A stretch of DNA of 63,421 nt, counting the filler, from Craspedostauros australis (lineage: Eukaryota): assembly GCA_030167865.1 (NCBI GenBank). It is 5 parts of 5 records of this genome, joined end to end, with 100 filler letters (N's around TTAATTAATTAA, not from the genome) between each part and the next. Parts side by side here need not be neighbours in the genome. Positions count along the whole stretch, not along the records: positions 1 to 27,899 come from JALAGF010002767.1; 4 more parts are not named here. One strand, 5' to 3'. Position numbers and translations under genes: made by a program. Position 1 is the stretch's first letter. Each line of letters begins with the position of its first letter. Positions 13,357 to 25,419 of the stretch are shown one piece after another. The notes under the pieces were generated by a model. The model searched no databases. It had not been told where the DNA came from and was given only the letters and a program-made list of their open reading frames with translations.

Positions 13357-14391
13357 TGTCGCCACCAGCACAAGTCCCACTGTCACCACAGCGTTGGAAG
13401 TAGCCGTGGGAGTTGGTGTTGGCTGTTCCCAGTTGTGGCTGCGATGAGCACACTCTGACGAAGTCCCATACGCTCAACGTCGTTGACACACATAGACGTA
13501 GAGGACATGTGGAGTTCTTCTTATCGTAGATGCGAGCGTTGTTGACAGTGATTGATCGATAGCGCAGTGGATGGCGCAGCTTCCATTAAATCCTGCATGG
13601 TCGTGTGATGTGGAAGAGGATGATGGAGGTGGATGCAACGTGCGACATCCGTTTTGTGCAAGATGTGAGGGGAGATGTGTGCTTTTGTCCGTTGGCGAGT
13701 AGGCGTTAACGCACGTTAACTCTGAATAAATGATGCATCCGTTGCAGATCCAACGGATACTGTATGTACACGTTTGGGGTAGCGATGCCCACGACTGATC
13801 AACAAGAATCTCCACGAACAAATAGGGACTATGTATGTATCTGTCGAACATTTCTGAAGAACGCCACGATCCACCTCGATCAGACCTCGTGATTCTGTGC
13901 GAGGTCTGTGGAAAGATGGTTGAGGAGCTCGTGAGTGGATCGTACTTTTTCAAACATGACGAGACGATGGGCGAATGTGAAGCGTGGCGGTTGTTGGTGG
14001 CGGCAGCGGGAAGTGATGGTTGCGATGGTTGCGATGGTTGCTGTGATTGTTGGTGGCAGAAATGTTGTGCGAGGAAAGAGAGAGACGCGCACACGGAGCA
14101 GCAATCACACACCGCATTTTAGCGCCGCAGAGAACATGGCAGAGAGATGCAAGGAAAGAATTGGCAAGACTGGCAGCCGCGGAGGAGCCTGTTTGGAGAC
14201 GCGCCAAGGCGACAACAACAGGAACAGCAACAAGGGACAACAGAGACAACCACCAGAGCACCATCCATTCAATACTGTAGAGGACAAGTGGGTCCACAAC
14301 TGTTATTATATCTCGTATTGTATTGTATTGTATTGTAATAGAATACATTGTTATACAATATAACACAAGTTGTCTCACCGTGCAAGGGGAA

Positions 14392-14443
14392 CGCGACGAC
14401 CAAGGCGACAACCAAGGCGACAATCAAGGAGACAATCAAGGAG
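14392..14443. repeat. 12-bp minisatellite, about 4 copies of G(A/C)GACAA(T/C)CAAG
   Basis: gcgacgaccaag gcgacaaccaag gcgacaatcaag gagacaatcaag, in the spacer between the divergent MORN and TMEM184 genes. Confidence 0.8.
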
Positions 14444-14731
14444 GATCCTCTGACCTTGAAGATCATCGGAGATCATCGATCAGAGATCGGAATCGCAGGT
14501 ACAAGTATAGAGTGCACAGTGCAAAGTGCGGAGCAGATCTTGGCATCGCAAGAGACCTGGGCATCACGCAAACTTGGACTCGTATTCATACCACGACGGC
14601 GCCCTTTGCATTCATACTCATAGCGGAGTGGAGTGGAGTGGAGGAGATTGGAATAGTAGACTACAGTCGAGTACAGTACAGTCGAGTAGAGCCATATATT
14701 CTACTTGCGACAGTACTACTGCTACACCAAC

Positions 14732-17700
14732 ATGGAGACTCCATTCGGCATCATCGATGGCAAAGCCGTGGGTAACAGCAAGCATGGTGCCAATGCAAAC
14801 ACTGCAGGCAACAGACGCAAGGGAAAGGCAAAGACAGCCAAGCCAGGTCGCAACAGCAGCAACAGGAGCAACGTGGAGAGTGGCAACCTCTGGATCAGCG
14901 ACTCTGGCTCCATGTTCCTTCCGCAGCAGTTGCAGCCATCTCCTTTGCATCAGTCAGGACAGTCATTACAACCAACGCAATCAATGCAATCATTACAGCC
15001 AACGCAATCAATGCAATCAACGCAATCAATGGAACCTGGAAGATCTCAGCATGCCATGTCGCAACAGAAGCAACAACAGAGACAAAGGAATGAGGCCAAC
15101 CGATCGCGTCCAAGCAACAAGTCCAGCAACAAGTTCAGCAACAAGTTCAAATACGCAGAGTGCAACGATCAGAATGATGACGAAGACGATGAGATGGAAT
15201 CGCTGCTCAAAACCAACGACTCCTGGGATCGCCCACCTTTGGAGCGCACCAGCCTCGTGCGTGTGGCCTCCACCTCCAGCACAGCATCGACGCCCGTTCT
15301 CGACAACAGCAACACCAACGGCAACTTGGACTTCGGCGACAATCGCTTGAGAAAGCAACAGCAACACCATCAACGACAACAGAAGCAACAACAGCAGCAG
15401 CAACAGGGCCTGCCGAGACAGCGCAAAAGGGATCGTCAAAAGCAGCGCAGACGACGCCGTCGAAGATCAAAGTCGGAGGACAGCACGGACGATGCAAACA
15501 TCAACATCATCGAGATGGATGGCGACAGGAACAACCGCCATGTCCCCAACGACCAGCCCTCCGTGTGGAGGTACTGCTGCTTCTTCTGCTTCTGCTGTTG
15601 GAGGAATCTATTTCCACATTCGCGTCAGGGAGCGCGAAGGTGCTGCGATCAGACCATCGTCCGATCCACCCTCTTCGTCATGAATATACTCGCCAAGATC
15701 GTCATGTGGAGCAGTATGGTGGCGCTCTGCGTAGCCGTGGTATGGTATTCCTACGAGCTCAAGAACAACGGGTGAGTCTCTTTGTCTTTCAACACTCTGC
15801 AATGCCAATGGAGAGTATCATATTATTGTGAAGTGATGTGAAGTGATGTGAGGCGAGGCGAGGCGAAGTGCATTGGTTTGTGTTTCGCGACAGCGTGTGC
15901 GCATCACAAGTATGGTATTTGCATGTGCGCTATGCATGTGCAATGTCTACGTGCAATGTCTACGTACAACGTCTTGATCTTTCACCCTGCCAATCCACTC
16001 ACACAGCCCATCCATTCATGCACACACGCGTACAACACACTCTTTCGCAAATACACACACACACAATATAATTCACCATCAACAACCTCATGGCGCAGCA
16101 CTGACCCCCACCTCGTCGCGTGGTTCTCGGCAGGCGCCTTCGTGCTGCTTGGGTTCCCCATCTCCATCTTCGGCATCATCTCGCATCTCGCCAACTACAA
16201 CCAGCCCTCCGTCCAATGCTACGTGGTACGCATCCTCTGGATGGTGCCCATCTACAGCATAGAGTCATGGCTCTGCCTCAGATTTCACAGATACGCCATC
16301 TACATCGAAACCCTCAGGGACTGCTACGAAAGCTACGTCCTCTACAGCTTCCTACAGTTCCTCATCCAGGTTCTGGGTGGTGAGGAGGCCCTCATTCTTA
16401 TGCTCAAGGATAAGTCCCCCACGCGCGGCGTTCACATGTGGGGCCTCCAGTGGTTCGTCAAGCCATGGTTGATGGGGCAGCCAGTTAGAAAGACTTACCA
16501 GTCCACTTCCAGAACGCACAACGACAATCGCAACGACAATCACAACAACGACAATCGCAATGCCAATCACAACGACAATTACAACGAATTCGATCGTGAC
16601 CAACCCTACAACCACCGGACCAGCCAAAGCAGCATGGGTGATGGCGATGCCATCGCGGTGGCCGCTGAAGCGGTCGCCACCACCTTCCGCGACTTGGGGA
16701 ATGATCTCCACGTCGCCTCATCCAACAAGACGACGGCATCGCAATCCTCCGTGTCCCAAAACAGCAACCGGGCATTGAAGCGGGTCCACTGGAGCTCTCC
16801 ATTCTTCGTCTACTGCAAGTTCGGCGTGCTGCAGTACGTCCTCCTCAAGATCGTCTGCAGCATCGTAGTCGTCATACTCGAGCGCTACGGACTCTACAAG
16901 GAGGGCAATTTCACGCCGCAGGGCGGATACCTATACATATGCATCCTCACCAACCTCAGCCAGTGCTGGGCGCTATACTGCCTCATCTTCTTCTACTACG
17001 CCACCAAGAACGAGCTCGGCTCCATCCGACCCGTCGGCAAGTTCCTAGCGGTCAAATCCCTAGTCTTCTTCACCTGGTGGCAGTCCGTCTGCATATCCAT
17101 CCTATACCAGATGGACCTCATCCCGCACTACCGGGCATCCTCCTTCGCGCCCTCCGGCCTGGGGGAGGATGATGGCATGACCGCCACCGTCTTCACGCCC
17201 AGCGATTTCGATGTCACGTCCGGGGGAGTCCAAGAACAGGCGGCATTGGCCTTCGATCAGCACGGCGGCAAGGCCATCGGCCAAGGACCCACCGAGTGGA
17301 CGCCCGAAGACGTCGCCAAGGGCATGCAGGACTACCTCATCTGCATCGAAATGTTCATCGCGGCCATAGTCCACACCTTCGTCTTTCCACATTTGGAGTA
17401 CTCGGTCGAAGCCGTAGAAGCGCGCAGCCGAGCACTCAACCAAACACCGCACAAGCACTGGAACAAACGTCTAGGGCGCAAGTGGAAGGAATGGGACAAC
17501 AAGAGCGGATTCTCCTTGGGGACGCTCTCCACATTTTCAGAAAAGCAGCAGCTCCACCAGGCCCGGCAGCAGGTTCTTCCCCTGCTCTCCACGCCGGAAC
17601 GCCACGCTGACGGATCCTTTCTCCAACCGCGTCCGCATGGACCTGCCCATGAGGAGGAGTTGGAACTGGTGAATCGACATCGCATCGATTCCATCGACGC

Positions 17701-18265
17701 AGATGATTACCTCATGAACCATCCCATGGATCGTCTGCAAGAATCCAACACTCAGCCATCCGGGGATGAAGAAACCGGAGACGGCGGCCCGCAAGGTTCC
17801 GATGTAGACACCGTCCGTCGCCAGCATCTCGAGGCAACCTCAGTTGCCGGGTTGGACAGCGAGTTCAGCGGCGCGGAGGAATTCGTCTCACTCGCTTCCT
17901 CCGCCAACTTCGGTGACGACAGCCAACGCTTTGGCGGTAACGACGAGGATGATGATGATGATGATGGCGACTACGATGAATCCTCCTCCGGGTCAGAAGG
18001 CTCTCGAGAAGAGGACAGTGGCGAGGATATCCCGCTGATGCCCAACGCGCAGAAGCCCAATTTCGTCCGCGCCCTGCTGGACTCCACAATTCCGCAGGAT
18101 CTCAGAGACAACACCGTTGGCATCATCAAGGGCGATTACATCGTCGAGCGCAAGACCCTCCTGCATCATGCAGCGACGAGCGACAGCTACGATCTGTTCT
18201 CAAGGGTCATGTCATCGCGAAAGCCGCAGCAACCCCCGTCAGACACATTATCAGAAAGCAAATGA
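14732..18265 (+). CDS. TMEM184 / OST-alpha (Solute_trans_a) family membrane protein; 2 exons
   Basis: Exon 14732-15771, intron 15772-16098 (GTGAGT..GCAG, phase 2), exon 16099-18265. Motifs VVRILWMVPIYSIES, RDCYESYVLYSF, KFGVLQYV, KFLAVKSLVFFTWWQ and QDYLICIEMF. Confidence 0.93.
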
Positions 18266-18620
18266 GGAACTATGGACGGGTGGACACAAGGGTTTGGAAC
18301 AATACTCCAGATATGTCAGAAAAGAAAAGTCTGGCCATCGTCACAAATGGCGGACACGTTGTAGTGAGTACGGACACCCTGTAACTCTCTGCTCGTAGTC
18401 GTATGTTAGTCACAAAAAGTTCTGCACAGTGATTGATTGAAGCTTGGACCATGCTGTGATGTTGCAAGGATGGATTGATTGGGTTTGTGTGTATGTATCT
18501 ATGTAACTCCGTTCAGGGTCTCTGTGTTTGTGTTCATGACGTGACGAGGCGCGCCGTGAGGCGTTGCGGTGCAACCGCACACCCTTGCGCACACTCACAC
18601 CGCAGTGGGGAGGGATGACT

Positions 18621-21113
18621 CTAGAGCCTCAAGTTCTTCTGCAAGAAGAGCTTTCCGCCTTCCATGATCTCGGCATCTGCCACCGAAAGGCAAGGGGTCA
18701 ACGACCATGCTTCGACGTTGATCAATTCGCAGCGGGATCCGTCGCTGTAGTGTTTGCTCAGGGCAGGGCTGTGGAACGTGACGCATGGTGACGTCGTGGC
18801 CTCCATCATGTTGTCATCTTCGAAGCAGATGGCGAATCCCCATTGGTTCGGCATGATCACAGATGCCGGGTCGTCGGCGTCGTTGTTGTTGCTGCCATCG
18901 TTAGTCTTGCTCTCCTTCAGGATGTTCCGGTCGTCTCCCACGGTGGATTGCTGCTGGTTCGGAAATGACGGTGGCGAAAGCCGAATTGCCGTCGGCGTCC
19001 CCGACGTGCCACCCCCGATAGCGATCCTTCTCTTCTGACAGGTCTGCATGCAGCGGTTTTGCATTGCCCAACGGTATACCTCGATATCCAGCTCGTTGTG
19101 CAGCTGCTCCAGCAACGTCATGCCGCCGCCGCCGCTGCTCGGTGACGATGGGTCTGAGAATTCCCGCGGTCGCCGCAGCTTCCAAACGAAGGCATCGCCA
19201 GATCCGAAATGCCCGTGCTGGATATGCCATTGTGAGGATGTGAAAGCTCCAAACACTTCACCCTCCAGATTCTCCATCGCCAACACGACATGCTGCGCGC
19301 CACGGATTTGGCGCAGGAATGTTGCCGCCGACGCTCCGTCTCGCACCAGCGAGTACCTGAGCCAGAAGGACTCGCCACGTTTGGAGAATGGCAGATGCTG
19401 TTGCATTGACTCCATGATCTGCGGAGACATGATGTGGGGCTTGGCGGATTCATCGTCGGCGGACGTTCCCAGAATGTGGAACGGCGTGGGTGGCTGCGTC
19501 AACGATGACGACCCATCATCAGTGTCATCGTCGTGATTTGTCACAGAAAGGGTGGATTGCATGGAGGTGATGGGATGCGACCACGGGTCGTACAGCTCCG
19601 CCTTTGTTGGTTCTAGGTCGAGAGTTGCATTGTCGTCATTTGGGCGTTGAGATGCGGATCTTCCTGCTTTGCTTTGGCCATCGTGCTCGCCTGGTTCTGT
19701 GCCGTCAATAAGATCAGAAAGCTCGATCTCAAAACCCTGTCCGAGGGACGCCATTCGCGTCAGAAGTGGTTTGATTATGTTCTCCTTGCTTTTCAGTGGC
19801 TCACGTTTCCGTTGCTGCCGCTTTTCTGGATGGTGTAGAGCATCACGAGGCGCTTGAGCACCCGCAAGGGGCAGGCTTCCTTCATCGCGAAGAAGAGGCT
19901 TCTTGTGGCGCGCTGACGAGTTCATGCCACGCTCTTGGTGGCATATAGTCCGATTCCCATCGTTGTTGGCGTCTTCGTCGGCATCAGGTAGGTTTGCGGA
20001 ACCCTGTGGCAAGTCTGAAAACTCTACGGATTCAAAGACTTGGCTTAGAAGTCTGCTGCCTCTTCGCGTCGAACCTGAAGCTGCACTTGAAATGGAAGTT
20101 GGATCTGACAATGACGATGACGCCATTGGTCGTGTTTCTTCTGCTGTCAGCGAGGGATGGCGATAAAAGACATCATCCAGAATGGCCGTGGGCTCGATTG
20201 ATTCCATGGTGGCCACATAAAGCTGTCTGTCCGACGAAGACGGCTGTGCCGTACGTGGTGTTGCAATCTCGGATGTCGCTCTGGCCTCCTCTTTGCGGGC
20301 TTTCCTTCTATTTCTGATCCGTATGGCATGTTTCTTCATCTTCAGCCCTGCCTGTAGCACACTCCAAAACACGTGGGGCCCACGCAAAGTCTGCTGCGTC
20401 TTTCGTCTCTGCAAGCATTCCATGCGTCTTTGTGAACATCCCTTTGTATGCAGTGCTGATGATGATCTCATGCCAGATTCTCCTGTGCTATCCTCGTTGA
20501 AATGAACAGTTTTTGCATTTGGAACTGCATTGGGAGATGCATTTCGTGCTGTGATGGGCGTCGCTTCGCTCCCTTCGTTCGCGTCTCCGTTCTGCGATAG
20601 TGACGATGTTGCCTGATCCCCCTTGTTGTTTGGCAGCGAACTTTCCTTGCCAGCTGTGCTGCTGCTGCTGTTGTTGTTACTATTGGCGATATGTGTAGAT
20701 GTGGATGTGAATGTGGGTTTGGATGTGGATGGTGCCACAGCTGAATCACCACGTGCTTGTGCTCGTGCATATCCTCTCTCACGAGCGATGCCTCTTTCGC
20801 CTTGCTTCGTTTCATCGAATTGATCATCGATACCAACCTGAATGGAGGTTTCCGACATGAAGAATAGATTCGAATCATCCAGCGTCGTCTGAGCCTGCTG
20901 CACTTCCACATCTGTGCCCAGATCGGCCACCAAGGTCAAGAAGTTCGTCTCCAGCTTGGACAAGGACTTGCCTGCCCTCTTGAGATGTCTTCGCAGCTTC
21001 ATGCGTCCGTCCATGCTGTGCTCTTGGATCGTTCCTTGGATGCCATCACGCCCATCGCTTTGAACCTCGCCGCAAGCAACCGCCGACGCGTCTCCCTTGA
21101 CGATGTCTGTCAT
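18621..21113 (-). CDS. TLDc-domain protein (OXR1/NCOA7-like) with a long disordered N-terminus
   Basis: 830-aa ORF; the C-terminal part has FWLRYSLVRDGAS, GEVFGAFTSSQW, FGSGDAFVW, IAIGGG, SPCVTFHSPAL and INVEAW. Confidence 0.9.
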   Translation of the reverse strand: MTDIVKGDASAVACGEVQSDGRDGIQGTIQEHSMDGRMKLRRHLKRAGKSLSKLETNFLTLVADLGTDVEVQQAQTTLDDSNLFFMSETSIQVGIDDQFDETKQGERGIARERGYARAQARGDSAVAPSTSKPTFTSTSTHIANSNNNSSSSTAGKESSLPNNKGDQATSSLSQNGDANEGSEATPITARNASPNAVPNAKTVHFNEDSTGESGMRSSSALHTKGCSQRRMECLQRRKTQQTLRGPHVFWSVLQAGLKMKKHAIRIRNRRKARKEEARATSEIATPRTAQPSSSDRQLYVATMESIEPTAILDDVFYRHPSLTAEETRPMASSSLSDPTSISSAASGSTRRGSRLLSQVFESVEFSDLPQGSANLPDADEDANNDGNRTICHQERGMNSSARHKKPLLRDEGSLPLAGAQAPRDALHHPEKRQQRKREPLKSKENIIKPLLTRMASLGQGFEIELSDLIDGTEPGEHDGQSKAGRSASQRPNDDNATLDLEPTKAELYDPWSHPITSMQSTLSVTNHDDDTDDGSSSLTQPPTPFHILGTSADDESAKPHIMSPQIMESMQQHLPFSKRGESFWLRYSLVRDGASAATFLRQIRGAQHVVLAMENLEGEVFGAFTSSQWHIQHGHFGSGDAFVWKLRRPREFSDPSSPSSGGGGMTLLEQLHNELDIEVYRWAMQNRCMQTCQKRRIAIGGGTSGTPTAIRLSPPSFPNQQQSTVGDDRNILKESKTNDGSNNNDADDPASVIMPNQWGFAICFEDDNMMEATTSPCVTFHSPALSKHYSDGSRCELINVEAWSLTPCLSVADAEIMEGGKLFLQKNLRL

Positions 21114-21123
21114 GATGAGTAGT

Positions 21124-21197
21124 TGATGTCTGATGTCTGATGTCTGATGTCTGATGTCTGATGGCTGATGGCTGATGGCTGATGGCTGATGGCTGAT
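21124..21197. repeat. Compound 7-bp tandem repeat (TGATGTC)5(TGATGGC)5
   Basis: Read directly from the sequence; it lies 10 nt upstream of the TLDc start codon. Confidence 0.95.
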
Positions 21198-22202
21198 TCT
21201 GGAGTCAACAATGCTGCTGAACTCGCTTTCGTCACCCTTTCTGGTATGGGATCTACTCTCTCTCGCACTCGTCCTCTAACTCTTACTCACACTCTCTCCA
21301 CAACAGCAACAACAAGAACACCATCATTGTTGTTGTTCATGATTTCATGTCATTCCGCACACGCATCCATCCACATGATTCGAACTCGCGGAGAAGGAGG
21401 AACGACTCCAAAAAGTGGAAATCACATGAAACCGACCGTTAGGACAAGATTGGATGAGCTTGTGTCGCAGACGTTAAATAAACGTTAATATATAGTTTCT
21501 GTTGGGAACTCCGAACTGAATCTGACTTGGTCACAAAATACGAAATGGGACAAAGCAGAGCACAAGAGATGTGGCTGCTTGGATGAGGGACGGCACGAGA
21601 GAAGGGAGCTGTCACTTTGTCGGTGTTGTGCATTGCGGAATGACGATGGCGATGTCAGTGGTCGTGGCGGTGGTGGCTGCGAGGAAAGCGTTGCTTTGTC
21701 GCTCGCACACAGTCCGACCAATGTGCTCGCCTGTTTAAGATTGTTGTCGATACCGTCGTGATCCTGAGAAGGATCATTCTTTCTTCGTCAGGAATGCACT
21801 TGCGTAGGTATTTCCAGCCAAATGTATTTGCGGCACTGTCGGCATTTTGTCCAATATTCAGTTCAATCTTCGCGTAATACACGACAAGAGGATGAGTGAG
21901 AGGAATGCACTCGTACTTATGAAATAGTGGATTCTATCCGGCTTGCATTTGTGCACGTCGCCTGGCTTCTGTACAGTCACAGGTACTCATATGGCATTAA
22001 TGTTTTCAAAGAAGGACATGACTGGAGACGACCCGATATGGCCAGATGACTTGATTACCCTCGTTTCCTGTGGGTTAGTTTTGCATGTTGGCGATCATGA
22101 TAACGCCGTGCGTTCCGGCATGTCGGTTTTTCGCATTGCGGTGGGTTTCCAAGTAACGCTTTCTCCCCTACCGATTGACTGCTGACAAGGAGAGAGCGGC
22201 CA

Positions 22203-25200
22203 TTACCGTCCTCTCCGATTGTTCATGGGGCCGCTGTGTGGGGCACGGTCCCCGCCGCCATTGTGAGCTGGAACAACGCTCGCCATGAAGGTCGCCGGGT
22301 GCTCCCATTCTTCATCCTCATTGTGCGGCACGGCCTTGGGCTTTGGTGGTCGTTTGGAGTTTGTGTTGTTGCTGCTGGACGAGTTATTGACATTGCTATT
22401 CCCCGTGTTCGGACCCGCACCCGCGTCTGCGTTGTTCAATTCCTGGTCATCCCTGGCCCGCCTGCTCTCCTTGCGGTTGGTGCTCCGGCCGAAGAAGCGC
22501 CCAAGCGATCTCACGCGCTTGGGCTTCTCACCGGACACCTCGCCGTCTTCGTCGGATGAGGTGGCTAAGCCAACATCCGACGCGGAATTGGAATGTCCAC
22601 GACGCACAGGACGCACGCGGGTCCGTTGGCTCCCTTCGTCTGCTCCTGCTGCATTGCCGTCGCTGTTTTTGGCTCGGCTCCTGCTTTTCTTTTTAGACCC
22701 GCTTCGCTTTCGTTGACCGCTGGCTGCAGAATCGGGCGAGTCTACTTCACCTGGTGCCAGTTGGGCCGAAATCGGTGCCATCACAGATGATGGTGCTCCG
22801 CTGGCCAGTGGAAGATCACCAGTAGGTGGCCGCTCCGGAAGCTGCGCACGCGGTGGGCCACGCATCTCCGGTGGGAGGTGCTGATCATCCGGTTGGTCGT
22901 TGCCAGCAAGATCCCTGGGTCGATTTCGCTGTCCAATTCGATGCCGAGCTACTGGGATATTCACGCTATGAGCTCCAACACCAAGGTTCCCCAAGCTTGG
23001 CAACCCATTTGATGCTACGTTCGTCACCGCAACAGGGGGGCGGACGGGTGGAGAGGGTGACTCTGCTGTGTTTGTTGTTGGTGTCACATTGCCAGCCGCA
23101 CCCTTCATCACTGATCTCATTCCTCGGATGCTGTTGCTGCCGCCGTTGCTATTGGCATAGGCGGTGCTATTGCTTGCGATGCTCCTGTTGTTCCTACCGC
23201 TGCGATCGCGATCGGTGCTGTCTGCATTGATCATGGGACTGTTGGCAACACTGGCGTTGATGCTGGAATGGAAGTTGCCGTAGCCGTGCGCCGCCTGATT
23301 CGCCTGTGGATCGGAAGGCAATGGCGTGACGCTTCTGTTGCTGCGAAGGGACGTGGATGGTGATGGAGAGCGCATCATGTGGCTGGTTGGAGCAGCGTCC
23401 GAGCCAAGATACGATGCGCCACGCGAGAAATCATGTCTGTGCCGAGGGTGATGCTGTTGCTGCTGTTGACCTTGGTTTTGGCTTTGGTATTGCTGTTGAT
23501 ATTGCTGGCTTGGGTCTGTCTGTCGGTACTGCTGCGATCGTTGCGGATACTGCATATTGTCCACCGATGACACGGCGTTTCCGATTCTTCTATTGGCAGA
23601 GTCTGGAGTGTTGCCGTAAAAGTCGCTGTTGCTGTAATTGGTGAATTCGTTTCGCGTGAAGCGCTGGGTGTTTTGTGCTGGGAATGGCAGCTGTGCAGCG
23701 GCTTGCGACATGCGCGGTGGGATATGCGCAGATGGTTGCGCCTGTTGGGTGCGATGCAATGCTCGGGGCGAAACGTCTGAAAATCCTCTTCGATGGTGTT
23801 GGTTGTGATTGTTTGGAATGTGCTGGTGCGATGTGTGATACTGCTGTTGATGTTGATACTGATACTGACGCTGCGTGTTTGAACCGTGCTGTTGGTGGGT
23901 GCCGCCACCACTAACGCTGCGTGTCAACCGCAGGCTACGAAAAGTGCTCTCCGCATCCGCCACTGATGTATGATCCGCACTGATTCCGAATGCGACGGCG
24001 TCGATCGTCCGGGTTGCTCGCAGCGATGTGCTCGTGCGCCGGCTTGCAAAATTACGATTGGGGAATTGAGCGTTGGCACTTGCACCAGCATCTCCTGCTG
24101 TGTTCGCATTCGAATGCATGTTTGAATGGTCGTTACACGCATTTTGTTGGAGATGGTTGTAGCTGGAGCTACGATCGCGGTTCTGCAGGCTCATGTCCCC
24201 GTAGCTGGCTCGATTGTGAGTCATGGAGGCGGCTCGGTTGACGTGCATGCGTTCGTGATCCCTCCATTCGCCTTGGAAGCTGATTCCGCCGTCAGTTCGG
24301 AACTCAACGCCCTGACCATGTCGCAGACCATGTTTCCACTCTCCTCGGTACTCGCGACCGTCGTTCCATGTGAACACGCTGCGAAGATGGGAAAGTGGAG
24401 TGAAGATGAATGGGTGAGTGAGTGAGTGAGCGGGTGGTGATTGGATGGACGGGGAAGCCCAGACAGCCCGTGAAAGCAATAGCAGCGTACAAAGTATGCA
24501 GCCTGGCCATGAAGAAAGTTCGAACTCACCCGTATCCTTCGTATTTGCTGTTGACCCACTGTCCCTTGTAGCGATGGCCGCAGGCGTATATGTATTCCCC
24601 CGTTCCGGTGCGCTGACCACAATCGAAATCCCCCTTGTAGGAGGATTCATCCGGCCAGGTCAAGGTGCCATCCGCGCCATGGCGGCGATTCTGCTGAAAA
24701 CCACCCTCGTAAGTTCTGCCGTCCTCCCAGACGTAGGTGCCCTGGCCGTGGCGCAGGTTCCACTCGAAATGACCAAAGTAGGAGTCACCGTTGGCGAAGT
24801 GAATGCTGCCATGGCCGTGCCACTGGCCTTGACTCCATTCGCCGTCGTACATGGTGACCCCGGCCTGCTGGGTCTTGGACTCATTCATGTTGCCTGGTTG
24901 GCTATGCGGCGTGTCGCTGGCATAGTACTCCATACGTCCCGATCCGTGCGGTGCTCTGGAATCCGTCAAGACCTGTCCTGTGTAGATGCCCTCTCCGTAC
25001 AGATCGATCTTGTCCACGTACTCGGTCGCTGGTTCCCTGGTACTTGCATTGGCGGTTGAATTGGCGCTAGCATTGACAGGCGCGGATGCGTAAGCTGGTC
25101 GAGCGGTAGTACCGCCCGTGCTGCTATGGCGTCCAAAGGCAGGGGCATGGGCTCCAACATCGTCGGCATCGACTCGATCGTTGCTGTCATTGAAGTTGCC

Positions 25201-25419
25201 ATTGTAGTTGCCATTGAAGTTGGCATCATCATGGTCATAGTCACGTGGGTTTTTCAGCCGCCCAGGTCTTCCGCAAGACTCCTGTGAGTGTTGTTGCTGC
25301 TGATGGTGATGATTTCGTTCACTCTGGTGTGCATGTGCATGAGCGTGGGCGTGCCCGTGATCATGGACATGGCGAGAGCCGCTCGCTCCTGGTGGAGATA
25401 CCATCGCAGCAGTTGCCAT
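22203..25419 (-). CDS. MORN-repeat protein with a long Q/N/S/R-rich disordered C-terminus; 2 exons
   Basis: Exon 25419-24530, intron 24529-24379 (GTGAGT..GCAG, phase 2), exon 24378-22203. MORN repeats YDGEWSQGQWHGHG, YEGGFQQNRRHG and YEGYG|VFTWNDGREYRGEWKHGLRHGQG. Confidence 0.88.
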
